From a virus (taxonomy: Duplodnaviria; Heunggongvirae; Uroviricota; Caudoviricetes), in IMG/VR virus record IMGVR_UViG_3300001598_000046, positions 1 to 64,000 of that record: a stretch of 64,000 nucleotides of DNA, one strand, 5' to 3'. Shown in pieces: positions 19,160 through 29,255 of the stretch. How positions within the stretch are numbered: position 1 is the first letter of the stretch; every line of letters begins with the position of its first letter. The position numbers and the translations under genes were made by a program. The notes beneath the pieces were generated by a model. It had not been told where the DNA came from, made no database searches, and saw only the letters and a program-made list of their open reading frames with translations.

Positions 19160-19333
19160 TCATTCATCGCAATAATGAGGTTCAAGTTGGAGATAACGAA
19201 GTACCTTACCACGTTTGGTTACAATAGTACCACGTTTACGATCAATGTTCAAAATGCCGGAGAGTGTTTCCGGTTGGCCACACTCCCACACCTGATCTTC
19301 AAGTGTCAATTTTTCAAATTGTTCGAGAGTCAT
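19160..19333 (-). CDS. possible small ORF (57 aa), hypothetical
   Basis: MTLEQFEKLTLEDQVWECGQPE...; below 60-aa cutoff of the ORF track; sits just downstream of the tRNA. Confidence 0.2.
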   Translation of the reverse strand: MTLEQFEKLTLEDQVWECGQPETLSGILNIDRKRGTIVTKRGKVLRYLQLEPHYCDE

Positions 19334-19353
19334 AGTTGTAGTTATTAATTTGT

Positions 19354-19441
19354 TGGCGGAGAGCAGTGGTCCCGACCCACATTCGGCGAACCGAACGAGC
19401 TGCTTAGCAGGCAGTCCCTGCCCCCGGCAGGTTTACTCTCC
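19354..19441 (-). tRNA. tRNA-Ser (anticodon GCU), class II with long variable arm, CCA encoded
   Basis: 88 nt GC-rich island in AT-rich DNA. Acceptor GGAGAGT/GCTCTCC + G + CCA. Anticodon stem CTGC/GCAG with loop CUGCUAA (U33, anticodon GCU, A37). Variable-arm hairpin TTCGG-TTCG-CCGAA. D-stem CCTG/CAGG. T-arm atypical (loop GTCGGGA, A at position 8). Confidence 0.6.
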
Positions 19442-19531
19442 ATATATTAAACATCTCCCTCAGAGTCAATCATAATTACAAAAAGACCACCGAGGAGAAA
19501 CCCAAATACAAATATTGCGAAATACTCCATA

Positions 19532-19981
19532 TCATAAAAAAATTTCTGTTTGCCCTAAAAGTGGAGATTCCTGTGATTTTGGTTTTTCTACTTTTTGTAA
19601 TTGAGGAGTTTCAGGCTTATATAATCTTCCCAACATTTCATTGCGAATACCTTCAGTTGATTTCCGAATCATTTCTGCCACCATCTCCTTATTGACCGCG
19701 GAGCCACCAAATCTCACACTAATCAATTTATCAATCATTGGAAGAAGACATTGAATGGTATATTCTGAAAGTATCTCATTCAATTCACAAAATGACACCG
19801 ATGTATGTGGTAAACATTCCTCATCCACATCATCGAACATTCTCTCGCTTGCTATACGATGTGAAATCTTTTCCGCATATTGTAGAGTAAGATCTCTATT
19901 TATCGTAGTATCGAATACATTCTCACAAGGTCGTGGAGCAGTGATCGGTATTTGTTGACCTAATATTGGAAGTTTTGCCAT
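19532..19981 (-). CDS. hypothetical protein
   Basis: 149-aa ORF. Confidence 0.45.
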   Translation of the reverse strand: MAKLPILGQQIPITAPRPCENVFDTTINRDLTLQYAEKISHRIASERMFDDVDEECLPHTSVSFCELNEILSEYTIQCLLPMIDKLISVRFGGSAVNKEMVAEMIRKSTEGIRNEMLGRLYKPETPQLQKVEKPKSQESPLLGQTEIFL

Positions 19982-19983
19982 AG

Positions 19984-20160
19984 TTAACGTTCTTTTTTAT
20001 TATGGAGTTCACCGATAATAACAATCGTACTATAAATGACCAATCCTGGAAGGTAACTGATATGGTCAGTTGAATCATACATCAATCTTGAACATACCAT
20101 TGTTCCAATGATAACCAATAAACCTCCAAAGAGGTAAGCAATAAGTTCTTTCCCTTTCAT
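19984..20160 (-). CDS. possible small membrane protein (58 aa)
   Basis: MKGKELIAYLFGGLLVIIGTMVCS...; hydrophobic core; below ORF-track cutoff. Confidence 0.25.
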   Translation of the reverse strand: MKGKELIAYLFGGLLVIIGTMVCSRLMYDSTDHISYLPGLVIYSTIVIIGELHNKKER

Positions 20161-20188
20161 ATAATAATATATACAAGGGAATGAAATT

Positions 20189-20644
20189 CTATAGTTGATT
20201 GATGGTTTTTTCAGTCAAAATTTTGAATTGGAAACCACGATCTGCACAATATTTCTTAGCTGCAACCCACTTACACATATTCTTTCGATATTCATTCCAA
20301 AGCCAACCATTTTCATTTATTGGTCTCTTACATTGTGTCATTGGTTTGATCTCCACGATACATCGTGTACCATCCTGATACTCTATGAGAAAATCAGGAT
20401 TATATGTATGCTGCGTACCATCATATAATATATATGGTATGGTGACACACTCGGACCCCCAGTATTTTATGGATGGTTCTCTCTCACACCAGTAAGCAAA
20501 TTTCCGTTCCCAACTTGATCTAAATATAATCAAATCATTCGAAATATTACCTTGAAACAATTTCTTACAGGAACGAGGGTCAAGATAACCTTGATTGGTC
20601 CAAGCTCTTGACCCTTTATTTGGTTTGAGATTTTTGATATCCAT
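20189..20644 (-). CDS. PD-(D/E)xK nuclease-fold protein
   Basis: YNPDFLIEYQDG...IVEIKP is a textbook PD-(D/E)xK core; 151 aa. Confidence 0.5.
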   Translation of the reverse strand: MDIKNLKPNKGSRAWTNQGYLDPRSCKKLFQGNISNDLIIFRSSWERKFAYWCEREPSIKYWGSECVTIPYILYDGTQHTYNPDFLIEYQDGTRCIVEIKPMTQCKRPINENGWLWNEYRKNMCKWVAAKKYCADRGFQFKILTEKTINQL

Positions 20645-20647
20645 ATA

Positions 20648-22699
20648 TTACTTCTTAATAGCGGTTGGATCTTCGGTAGTTTCAGAACTCTTATTACCTG
20701 CTGGGTTACCCAAGTTAAGTTCACCAGCTGCCCAAGCTAATGCTTGTATATTTGTTGTACCAAAGATTCTCTCAATTTGTTGAGCATTATTGAGGTTATT
20801 AATAAGATCAACACGAATATAATCTGAAATCATATCTGAACCCTCATATGCACCCGCGATTGAATCTTTAGCCTCCTGAGCCATATTTTGTAATCTTTGT
20901 GCTAATGCTGCTGCATCCTCCATCTTTGCAGAAGTAGGACCTTGACTCGCCATATTATGCTCATTACCATTCTTATCAATATATGATTTCTTACCAGCTT
21001 TTGGATCACCGTCACCAGCAGCTTGCTTATCATTGATTGCTTGTGCACGCTTCAATTCTTCAAAGACTGTTTGATCAAGTGGCATATAGATACGATCATT
21101 ACCACCATTATACATACGCTCAATCAAACGCTTATCACGTGGTTTACCTGATTTGAACTTACAAACAACCTTCAATCCGGTTGGGAAGTCATCAATACCA
21201 AGTGGACCATAATGTTGTACATCACAACCATCCAAAATAAGGTTACCGATCGACATAATTGGTGCACAAGGATTACCAACTGTAACATGCCATTGACCAA
21301 TCGCTGAGTCTGAAATTAATGAGTTAACACCTTGTTTTTGTGCTGGGGGAAGAGTCTCAAGATCACCACCCATCAAAAGACCACCTAAATTATCAAGCAT
21401 ATTTTTGATAAATTTGATTGGATCCTTTGATATATTGTTAGTTACATTTTTCTTCAGATTACTAAAATCTTTTTCAAATGCACCAACATATTCAGAAAAT
21501 GTATCGTGGTGTTTCATACATTCGAGAGATGATAGTGGTTCAAATGATGAGGCACCACTATTTTGACGATATGTACCGTGCCAAAAATCACCTTGTGTAT
21601 AACAAACAGTAAAAATATGGCCAAGCAAATCAAGCATAGCTTGTTTACCATTAACACCATCATAACTTCTTAATTCATAATCAAAAGTTAATGAAAATTC
21701 TTGATTAAACTTCAATCCAGCATCTGCATCACGGACATATATACTCTTAATCATATCAACACCAGCATATGCACGGTTCGCATCATAATGGGGATAAATG
21801 GCTGCATGTTCCCCCCTATCCTCTGCAGCACGTCTATTGAATACACCTGGCATAACCATATTACCAACATGTTGCGCCGCAGGTTTTTGGAATGCTTTAC
21901 CAAACATCGCGCCGATACCACCTTTACTATCCTTTTTTTGAGATTGTGCTTGGACTTGATTATCTTCAAATTGTGTTTTTGTTTCCTTAAATGGTTGACT
22001 AAAATTATATTTGAGAATATCACTCATCTCATTACCCGGTGTACCCATCCACGTAACCATACAACCAAGTGGAATACCACCATTATCTGTTTGTGTCGAT
22101 TCTTTTGCAGATCCACTCTTTCCTGAACCAGCAATTGCTTTAGGGTTACCGTATGGCTTGACATAATCTGCAACAGGAATACCAAAACGGCGAAGAGTAA
22201 TCAAATAGTTATTAGATACTCTTCCGAGGTATTTGCAGTACATAAAATCAGACCAATCATATATACTTGTACCCATAAGACCTTGTTGAGATTTTTGAAC
22301 AAGATCACGAACTGTGCAGGAATTAAATGTGCGTTGCTTTTGACGATTTTTTGGAGAATCAATCAATGGCATATTTTGCGATAGACGCCAACCAAATGAT
22401 TGCTCTTCAATTGGTACTGCGTGAAGTTTATTGAATAACGATCTAACACCAGATGAATCAACTGTTGTTTGAGTACTATCCTTCAATTTTAATGTACCAT
22501 CTTCTCCTTTTTCGAAACTATCGGGTGTTAATGGGTCAACATCAACAGCCAAATTAAATGCTCCACAGGTACGATATGTATTGAACTCATTGGCCATAGC
22601 AGTGGACATCAAGTTCTCGTGGTTTGTTCTTACCTGAGAACGTGCACTTACCTCACTAACGTCCGGATTGTTATCAAATGAACCAAATATATTTTTCAT
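20648..22699 (-). CDS. hypothetical protein, possibly virion structural
   Basis: 683 aa, Gly/Asn/Gln-rich, no enzymatic motif recognised; locally higher GC; upstream of divergent structural block. Confidence 0.45.
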   Translation of the reverse strand: MKNIFGSFDNNPDVSEVSARSQVRTNHENLMSTAMANEFNTYRTCGAFNLAVDVDPLTPDSFEKGEDGTLKLKDSTQTTVDSSGVRSLFNKLHAVPIEEQSFGWRLSQNMPLIDSPKNRQKQRTFNSCTVRDLVQKSQQGLMGTSIYDWSDFMYCKYLGRVSNNYLITLRRFGIPVADYVKPYGNPKAIAGSGKSGSAKESTQTDNGGIPLGCMVTWMGTPGNEMSDILKYNFSQPFKETKTQFEDNQVQAQSQKKDSKGGIGAMFGKAFQKPAAQHVGNMVMPGVFNRRAAEDRGEHAAIYPHYDANRAYAGVDMIKSIYVRDADAGLKFNQEFSLTFDYELRSYDGVNGKQAMLDLLGHIFTVCYTQGDFWHGTYRQNSGASSFEPLSSLECMKHHDTFSEYVGAFEKDFSNLKKNVTNNISKDPIKFIKNMLDNLGGLLMGGDLETLPPAQKQGVNSLISDSAIGQWHVTVGNPCAPIMSIGNLILDGCDVQHYGPLGIDDFPTGLKVVCKFKSGKPRDKRLIERMYNGGNDRIYMPLDQTVFEELKRAQAINDKQAAGDGDPKAGKKSYIDKNGNEHNMASQGPTSAKMEDAAALAQRLQNMAQEAKDSIAGAYEGSDMISDYIRVDLINNLNNAQQIERIFGTTNIQALAWAAGELNLGNPAGNKSSETTEDPTAIKK

Positions 22700-22802
22700 A
22701 AGCCTTATATCTAATACTTTTATAATAATGAATTTCTAAAAATTCCTTTCGAAACTTCTGAACTAAACATTATTATATCCAATATAAAGATACAAAAAAA
22801 TT

Positions 22803-25800
22803 ATGGCAAATATTGCGGAGTACTTAAAGCAAATACAAATATTAACAAAAAAGAATCTCGAGATTCTTGAAGGTATCAATAATTCATTTTTTACCAAGCA
22901 GGAACATCTTCGTATAACTGTTGGTGATGCCGATTATGTTATCCCATCATTTATCTCATTGGAGAATAAGATAAATGCTCTTCAGGAGAATTTCGAGAAC
23001 CTCGTTTATGCTCCAAAATGTGGTGAGGCTGTATTCAATATGGATGGTAATACTCGCCATCTTGAGATGCGTGGTTATACCTGTACACCACATAGAGTAA
23101 AGATTGATATTTCGAAGATTGATGGCTTTACGGTGGAGCAGAATGATGTATTCAAAGATATGCTTACTCCAAATCCATTTATCCGTGTGGATTTGAGCAT
23201 GATACCAAATGATATTACACAAGTAAATGTCCGAAAAATTGCGATAAAATCGGACGAATTGAAGGCAATTATTGCTGCAAAATTTCCAGTTGGTACATCT
23301 TTATTGCCAGTTGAGTGGGCAGATCTCTATAAAATCCTCTACCTCTATAAGGAAGATCAGGATTATATTATGTATGATACTCGCCGTAATCTCCCGATTC
23401 ATCAAATGATTGGAACAGGTGAATATACGATCAAGAGTATTGATGAGGATGTTACGGATGCTAATCTTGATGAATATATTACACTTACCTTCCACGAAGA
23501 TCTAAAATATAAGCAATTTGATGAAACCATTGAAAAATATATTTCTGTTGGTGATCAGCTGGTAACTTATGATGATAGTGCCAAAATGGAGGTTGTGATG
23601 GTTAACCCATCAGTCCGCCAATTGAAGGTAAAAGTTCTCAATGGTGATTATCTCAATCTTGTTGCAGATCCTGAGGGTGGTTTATCAAGTGATATGTGTA
23701 AGTTGAAGTTCTATGCTCCAATAGACTTCAATAATGATAAATATATTAATATTCCTCTTGAAGAGGATCAATATATTGCAGTATTCGTTGCACCACTTAG
23801 TCGTCAAAATATCCAATCTCCTTGGGGTGGTGGTATTTATGTAGATACTAATGAGATCCGTTGGACTGATGATAGTCAAGTTAGATTTAAGGATTACTAC
23901 GAAGCAAATATCCGCAATATTGGTGATATTCTTTATGAAATGTCCGCAGCAATGACTTCTTCAGTTATGAAGTGGAGTGAGGATGATTTTACGAAATTCA
24001 CACAATATCAACCGATAATTGATACAAATAAGTTGAAGGTGGTACAAATCAATAAGCATATTAATGATTCTGTTGCCATCAAAACAATTCGTGATCTCTA
24101 TGCACAAAAACAAGATTATCAAAACCAACTTACCGAAGTAAAGGAGCAAATTTCGAAGATCAAGCAAACACTTTCGGAGATTGCATTCAATGATACAACA
24201 GGTATCCGCGAAACTTATGAGGAGCAGTTGGCTCAATATAACACAAAACAAAATAACCTTCTCAATAGCCTCTCAAAGGTATCGAATGAGATGGCAACTT
24301 CCGCAAGTAATAGTGAAGTTCCAATTGAGAATGCCAAATATCATATTCGTGGCTACTACCAATGGTTGGTTCGCGATACTGATAAGGATCCAATCTTGGC
24401 TCAATTTTGGAAATATGTATGTGGTATAAAGGTTCAATATCGTTATAAGAATAAAAATAATGATACTGGTTCGGCTGTAAGTATTGATGAGAATTTCATC
24501 TTTAGTGATTGGAATGATATGGATTCATTCAATCTTCAAAAGATCCCAACATATGATGGTGGATATAAGTTTGGGTTCCCACAATATACTGGATCAGATA
24601 ACCTCAAATCTCACGATAACGGTCGTCTTAACGAACCATCATTCAATCAAATTGATATTCCTATTTCACAAGGTGAGACAGTGGATATCCGCTTAAAGAT
24701 AGTTTGGGACTTCGGTTCACCATTTATTGAAACAACATCTAATTGGTCTTCAATCGTAAATATTGAGTTCCCAACCGAGTTCGTAAAAGATGTGCAAATT
24801 ACGAATATTCTTGAAGCAAACCAACAAGATCTCGAGGAGGATCGTTTCCGTATTATGTTGGATGATAAGGGGGTTACCGAACATATTGGTGATGAGCTTA
24901 TGGACCAAAATGTCAAATTCTTCCACCAACCAAAACATATCGCTTCAGGTTTCTATACTGAGGAACGCCGTGTAATTCCATTGGATGAGAAATTGAAGGA
25001 GATGAGTGATACCGTTGTCGCATTACAAGATATTATTAACGGAACAAGTAGTGAAAATCTTGCTGTTTCGGTTATTGTTGATGATATCGAAAATTCTTTG
25101 CAGAATAATAAAGTAAATACCATATTGGTTCCAGCATATGATACTACTTCGGAGAAGAGTAATAATAAACCACACGTTGAGCAATTAACAATTCAGATTG
25201 CTAATGCTTCACAACATACAATAAGATTACATAGTTTGTTCCCTGCGACAAATGATCTTGAAATTAGTCAAATTACTAATACCAAATTCACGAAAGCGGA
25301 TTATGCGGTAGATTCATCTAATGGTATTTGGCTTGGATGGCGTGGTAAAAATGCAAATAATCAAATTGCAGAGATATTTGGTCTTCAAACTGCAAACCAA
25401 TGGGCTACGTTCCGTTTGAACAATGTTTATTCAGGTGAAGCATATTATTCAGCAAATGGTGGTATCACAACTGAAGAAAACCCAACAACAACACCAGAGA
25501 CATACATATCTTCACTCACCTCAAATGATGGTTTGATTGTTTATCCATATCTTTCGGATGAGGCTGCTCTCAAGATTAAGGGTCAGGATGTGTATGGTAA
25601 CGTAACATTGGCTCCGGGTGAAGCATTAATCATACCAATTATGGCTCATTATAGAGTAGTTGGTTCTGCAACTGAATATACCAAGACCATTTCATTTGAT
25701 CTTCGTACAAGTCTTTATAATGATCCAATCAACTATATTATGAAGATTGTGGCACCTAAATCAGACTCACAACAATCAGCGGTAGCAAGAGCAAATCGTA

Positions 25801-25877
25801 GTCGCTTGTTGAATAAGTCAACATTACAGGTATCAAGCCTCAAGACACATAAGTACAATACATTGATTAAGAACTAA
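22803..25877 (+). CDS. large hypothetical protein (candidate tail/baseplate component)
   Basis: 1024 aa; same transcription unit as the gpV-like spike gene. Confidence 0.45.
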   Translation: MANIAEYLKQIQILTKKNLEILEGINNSFFTKQEHLRITVGDADYVIPSFISLENKINALQENFENLVYAPKCGEAVFNMDGNTRHLEMRGYTCTPHRVKIDISKIDGFTVEQNDVFKDMLTPNPFIRVDLSMIPNDITQVNVRKIAIKSDELKAIIAAKFPVGTSLLPVEWADLYKILYLYKEDQDYIMYDTRRNLPIHQMIGTGEYTIKSIDEDVTDANLDEYITLTFHEDLKYKQFDETIEKYISVGDQLVTYDDSAKMEVVMVNPSVRQLKVKVLNGDYLNLVADPEGGLSSDMCKLKFYAPIDFNNDKYINIPLEEDQYIAVFVAPLSRQNIQSPWGGGIYVDTNEIRWTDDSQVRFKDYYEANIRNIGDILYEMSAAMTSSVMKWSEDDFTKFTQYQPIIDTNKLKVVQINKHINDSVAIKTIRDLYAQKQDYQNQLTEVKEQISKIKQTLSEIAFNDTTGIRETYEEQLAQYNTKQNNLLNSLSKVSNEMATSASNSEVPIENAKYHIRGYYQWLVRDTDKDPILAQFWKYVCGIKVQYRYKNKNNDTGSAVSIDENFIFSDWNDMDSFNLQKIPTYDGGYKFGFPQYTGSDNLKSHDNGRLNEPSFNQIDIPISQGETVDIRLKIVWDFGSPFIETTSNWSSIVNIEFPTEFVKDVQITNILEANQQDLEEDRFRIMLDDKGVTEHIGDELMDQNVKFFHQPKHIASGFYTEERRVIPLDEKLKEMSDTVVALQDIINGTSSENLAVSVIVDDIENSLQNNKVNTILVPAYDTTSEKSNNKPHVEQLTIQIANASQHTIRLHSLFPATNDLEISQITNTKFTKADYAVDSSNGIWLGWRGKNANNQIAEIFGLQTANQWATFRLNNVYSGEAYYSANGGITTEENPTTTPETYISSLTSNDGLIVYPYLSDEAALKIKGQDVYGNVTLAPGEALIIPIMAHYRVVGSATEYTKTISFDLRTSLYNDPINYIMKIVAPKSDSQQSAVARANRSRLLNKSTLQVSSLKTHKYNTLIKN

Positions 25878-26605
25878 TGAATGTTAATGAACTATATGAA
25901 AAGATAAGAAAAGGAGAGATTGACGTAAATAATCAATCTCTCTTCTTCAAAATTTTTATTGAGGGATTTCTCCAATCTCTCAATGATACCATCAAAATTC
26001 GTAACAAAACTATCCCTCATTATATCCCACAAACGGGTGACGAGACTATGATGGTTGAGATTAAAGGGAAAGATGTTACAGCAAATGATACTGAGGTGAC
26101 AAACGAGAATTATATATATTCGGTATCACCTCGTTGTTCAGTCCAACCAAAGGGTATCTCGATTATTGCGGATCAAGTATCAAGCCCATATGCAAATGGT
26201 ACTTTTGAATTTGATTATGAAGATGTCATCGCTATGTTCTCAGCCGAGTTCCGTAGGATACCATTGAAGATGAGTTTTGAACTCACATATCTTGTTGATT
26301 CTTATACTGATTACCTTGAATTGGTTCAACAAATTGTGTCGAAATTACTCTTTATTCGCAATTATTCCATATCATATATGGGGCGTTCAATTGGTTGTTC
26401 ATATCAAGTTCCAACAGATTTTGATGTTGAATATGATGTTGAATTTGACCTTGCGAATCAAGAGGATCGACATAAAAAACTCAATCTTACCATTGAGGTA
26501 GAAACAAACTTCCCAGTATATGCTGGTGAGACGGCAATACCTGCAGATAGAATTATCACCAAATATAAGAGTGATATAATTATAAATGAAAGAACTATAC
26601 AATGA
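25877..26605 (+). CDS. hypothetical protein
   Basis: 242 aa; ATGA start/stop overlap with upstream gene and 4-nt overlap with downstream gene. Confidence 0.45.
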   Translation: MNVNELYEKIRKGEIDVNNQSLFFKIFIEGFLQSLNDTIKIRNKTIPHYIPQTGDETMMVEIKGKDVTANDTEVTNENYIYSVSPRCSVQPKGISIIADQVSSPYANGTFEFDYEDVIAMFSAEFRRIPLKMSFELTYLVDSYTDYLELVQQIVSKLLFIRNYSISYMGRSIGCSYQVPTDFDVEYDVEFDLANQEDRHKKLNLTIEVETNFPVYAGETAIPADRIITKYKSDIIINERTIQ

Positions 26606-27312
26606 AATTAGCAAATGGTGAACTCCGTCCAGGGTTAATCCTCGAAGTATTGGATGGGCAAGGAACAATTCGTGCGGAGGTACCGGGATTATTCTCTGCA
26701 GTTGATAAGGAGAATTTACCACCGATATATCCATTTGCCATTGGTAGCTCAAATTCATTCTCAACACCAAATAAAGGTGATGAGGTTTGGGTACTTTCAT
26801 TTACTGATAATCCTCGAGAATTATATTGGTTCCGCAAAGATAATTTTGCCAAGAATAATGGAGAGGGTAATAAGGGTGGTAAGAAATGTACCGGTGGTGG
26901 TAATATTCAAGACCAAAAGAATGTTGAGGTTTTGATGAGCCGTGAATCAAATGTTGGATACGCAACAATATATTTTTCAGATGGTACCGGTTGGGTTATT
27001 CAAAATCAAGATGCTATTATTGAATTGGGTTGTGATTCAATTCAACTTACAACAAGAATGCCACACGGAACAATTGAGATAACTGAAGATGGGATTTCAT
27101 TGGGAACCGCAGGTGGTTCAGCACATCCAGTACCACACGGTGATAAGGTAGAAAAATTATTTGATAATATTATATCAACATTTCGAAAGATCTCGGAGGC
27201 AGCAAAAACAAATCCATATACTGCAGCACTTTCTCCAGTTATTGATACTGCAATTGCAAATTTCGAAAATGATCCTTCATATATAAGTTCTAATTATGTT
27301 ACGGTAGATTAA
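26602..27312 (+). CDS. baseplate spike / gpV-gp5 OB-fold family protein
   Basis: GTIRAEVPGLFSAVDKENLPPIYPFAIGSS..PNKGDEVWVLSFTDNP matches N-terminal OB-fold pattern of P2 gpV / T4 gp5 / VgrG; 236 aa similar to P2 gpV size. Confidence 0.55.
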   Translation: MKLANGELRPGLILEVLDGQGTIRAEVPGLFSAVDKENLPPIYPFAIGSSNSFSTPNKGDEVWVLSFTDNPRELYWFRKDNFAKNNGEGNKGGKKCTGGGNIQDQKNVEVLMSRESNVGYATIYFSDGTGWVIQNQDAIIELGCDSIQLTTRMPHGTIEITEDGISLGTAGGSAHPVPHGDKVEKLFDNIISTFRKISEAAKTNPYTAALSPVIDTAIANFENDPSYISSNYVTVD

Positions 27313-27313
27313 T

Positions 27314-27556
27314 ATGGAAACACACTCAAATAACCACAGATTCTATAATTATAATGCTTGGGAGAATAAATTACATCAACCATACGATTATGAGAGGAAT
27401 GGTTTGCTCAAATATATTCTATCTCATAAATTGGTTGAATCAAAAAATACAACCTTCCAATACCTTCTCAAGTATATCGAAAATTCTTTGATTATTGTTA
27501 TGAAATTTGCTGAGAGGTTGCAACATTTCAAAGACCCAGCATATAGCAATCGCTAA
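27314..27556 (+). CDS. hypothetical protein
   Basis: 80-aa ORF starting 2 nt after the spike gene stop. Confidence 0.3.
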   Translation: METHSNNHRFYNYNAWENKLHQPYDYERNGLLKYILSHKLVESKNTTFQYLLKYIENSLIIVMKFAERLQHFKDPAYSNR

Positions 27557-27566
27557 ATAGCTTATA

Positions 27567-27591
27567 TTTCGCGCATAAACCGCGCTATAAT
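27567..27591 (-). repeat. GC-rich motif ATAGCGCGGTTTATGCGCGAAA, reverse-complement copy (2 of 3)
   Basis: Plus strand reads tttcgcgcataaaccgcgctataat; lies between stop of 27314..27556 and hairpin 27598..27636. Confidence 0.6.
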
Positions 27592-27597
27592 CAAATC

Positions 27598-27636
27598 AAA
27601 ATGGCCAGCCTTACAGTTATGAAGGTTGGCCATTTT
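27598..27636. terminator. bidirectional hairpin terminator
   Basis: AAAATGGCCAGCCTT acagttatg AAGGTTGGCCATTTT between convergent genes. Confidence 0.55.
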
Positions 27637-27656
27637 TATGCGAAATATGAGGGATT

Positions 27657-27989
27657 TTATTCACTTAAATCATCAATCAATTCCTGAATACGTTTTGCAG
27701 ATTTTGCACAATTTTCTTTATCTCCTCGTTTTGTATATTCATCAAGCTGGTTTTGTGCGATTTGTAATTCGATTACCTTTTGGTCATGTGTGGCTCGGGA
27801 AACTTCTCGAAGAGTCTTGGTAAATTCTGCTACCCAATCCAAAGCACCTTTGGAGAAATGGTGATGATCTATACCAATTTCCTTACATAATATGATTGGA
27901 TCGAGGAGGCCAGTCATCTCACATTTTTCTCTCAAAGTTTTCGATGAAAAGAAAAGTGGTACGGCTTCAAAAATTATTTGATCATCCAT
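27657..27989 (-). CDS. hypothetical protein
   Basis: 110-aa ORF. Confidence 0.4.
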   Translation of the reverse strand: MDDQIIFEAVPLFFSSKTLREKCEMTGLLDPIILCKEIGIDHHHFSKGALDWVAEFTKTLREVSRATHDQKVIELQIAQNQLDEYTKRGDKENCAKSAKRIQELIDDLSE

Positions 27990-27992
27990 ATT

Positions 27993-28241
27993 TTATCCGA
28001 TTGGTCCGTATGTGACGACTTCAACTGTCATATTCGGATGGTTAATACCAATATTCACAATACTTGTCCCGAGTGGAGTAGTTCGCTGAACCTCAAAAAT
28101 GATTTCACCATTTTCTATATGATGGCCGACCACGACACCCTCGAAATCGAGTGGAACGAGACAATCACATTTGAAATGAAGCCTCTTCCCAACCAATTGA
28201 TTTGCAACGAATACTTTAATATCTAATTTAAGATCCTTCAT
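27993..28241 (-). CDS. hypothetical protein
   Basis: 82-aa ORF. Confidence 0.35.
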   Translation of the reverse strand: MKDLKLDIKVFVANQLVGKRLHFKCDCLVPLDFEGVVVGHHIENGEIIFEVQRTTPLGTSIVNIGINHPNMTVEVVTYGPIG

Positions 28242-28561
28242 TAATCAAATATTGATTTGTAGCCAATGGTAACCTCGCGAGATATTGAATCACCAATATG
28301 AACCTCGTGATCAAATGAATGATGATCATAAATTGAATCATTATAACAAATAGTTGTTTCCCAAGATTCAGGATGGTAAATTCTACGAGTATGGATTGTT
28401 GTAACCTTCCCACAATGAATTGGAACCAACTGTGTTGTGGAATATGCTTGGTGGTATTCAACCGCAACAATCCTACCATATTGTGTCTCAGTAATTCGTG
28501 TACAAGCCATACAAAGTACACAGGCCAAAATTAATAGGAACTTTTTCATTCTATATCGCAT
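28241..28561 (-). CDS. small lipoprotein (paralogue of 32412..32675)
   Basis: MKKFLLILACVLCMACTRI: signal peptide plus Cys lipobox-like MCMAC motif shared with the other copy. Confidence 0.45.
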   Translation of the reverse strand: MRYRMKKFLLILACVLCMACTRITETQYGRIVAVEYHQAYSTTQLVPIHCGKVTTIHTRRIYHPESWETTICYNDSIYDHHSFDHEVHIGDSISREVTIGYKSIFD

Positions 28562-29016
28562 TTTGTTTTGAAGTTATCAAACATTTCCTGATCAAAATTC
28601 CAATTAGGTATCGTACCATCATCCTCAACTTCGAACTCGAAATAATCACCCCAACCACCTTCACCGACACAATCAGGAACATATCCTTCATATGAAAGTC
28701 CGGGTATTGGTTTCATATCTTCATCGAGGAGCATATACATACATTCGTCAACGACCTTCATATTATAAAAATCAACAGCCAATTTTCCAGTTGGCCAATT
28801 GACTACGCGGCCGGCATCGATATCAATAATAAGTAAGAGATTTTCACCACCGTCAGCACGAAGCATACCAAACTTTTTTACGGCATCACTAAGTGTATGA
28901 ATACTCTTCAATGTTGCGTGGACATCCCACTCCTCGAGAAAATCTGCAGGAATTACGATTTTGAGGTATTTCGCATCTGCATTGATGCTCTTTGTAATTG
29001 TGTACTGTACTTTCAT
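28546..29016 (-). CDS. hypothetical protein
   Basis: 156-aa acidic ORF. Confidence 0.45.
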   Translation of the reverse strand: MKVQYTITKSINADAKYLKIVIPADFLEEWDVHATLKSIHTLSDAVKKFGMLRADGGENLLLIIDIDAGRVVNWPTGKLAVDFYNMKVVDECMYMLLDEDMKPIPGLSYEGYVPDCVGEGGWGDYFEFEVEDDGTIPNWNFDQEMFDNFKTKCDIE

Positions 29017-29019
29017 ATA

Positions 29020-29241
29020 CTATATCAATATTTTTGGTTCAACCACCATTACCCCGCGCAAATCTCCATCATCGTCAACGAGACTGCCAATCCTCACGAG
29101 GTTACAACCGTGAGCTCGGGCTACCTCACGAAGATGTTGAGCCCATTCCTCAGAAGAACAAAGACCATATCCCCATCCCTCGACTCGGCGATTTCGCTCA
29201 ATGGCTTTTTTGCAAAGTTCGATCAATTTTTCTTCAGACAT
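29020..29241 (-). CDS. hypothetical protein
   Basis: 73-aa ORF. Confidence 0.3.
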   Translation of the reverse strand: MSEEKLIELCKKAIERNRRVEGWGYGLCSSEEWAQHLREVARAHGCNLVRIGSLVDDDGDLRGVMVVEPKILI

Positions 29242-29255
29242 AATTTTTAAGTTTA

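Noticed and set aside
19016-19348. Supplied 110-aa plus-strand ORF
   Set aside because: Ends immediately before the GC-rich tRNA-Ser region and lies in an intergenic stretch full of hairpins. Composition and context suggest a chance ORF. A 57-aa minus-strand ORF at 19160-19333 is a slightly better but still weak candidate.
19354-19441. Reading the GC-rich RNA on the plus strand as a tRNA-Ala(AGC)
   Set aside because: The plus orientation gives no T-arm and no CCA or discriminator context. The minus orientation gives acceptor, anticodon and variable arms plus a GCCA end.
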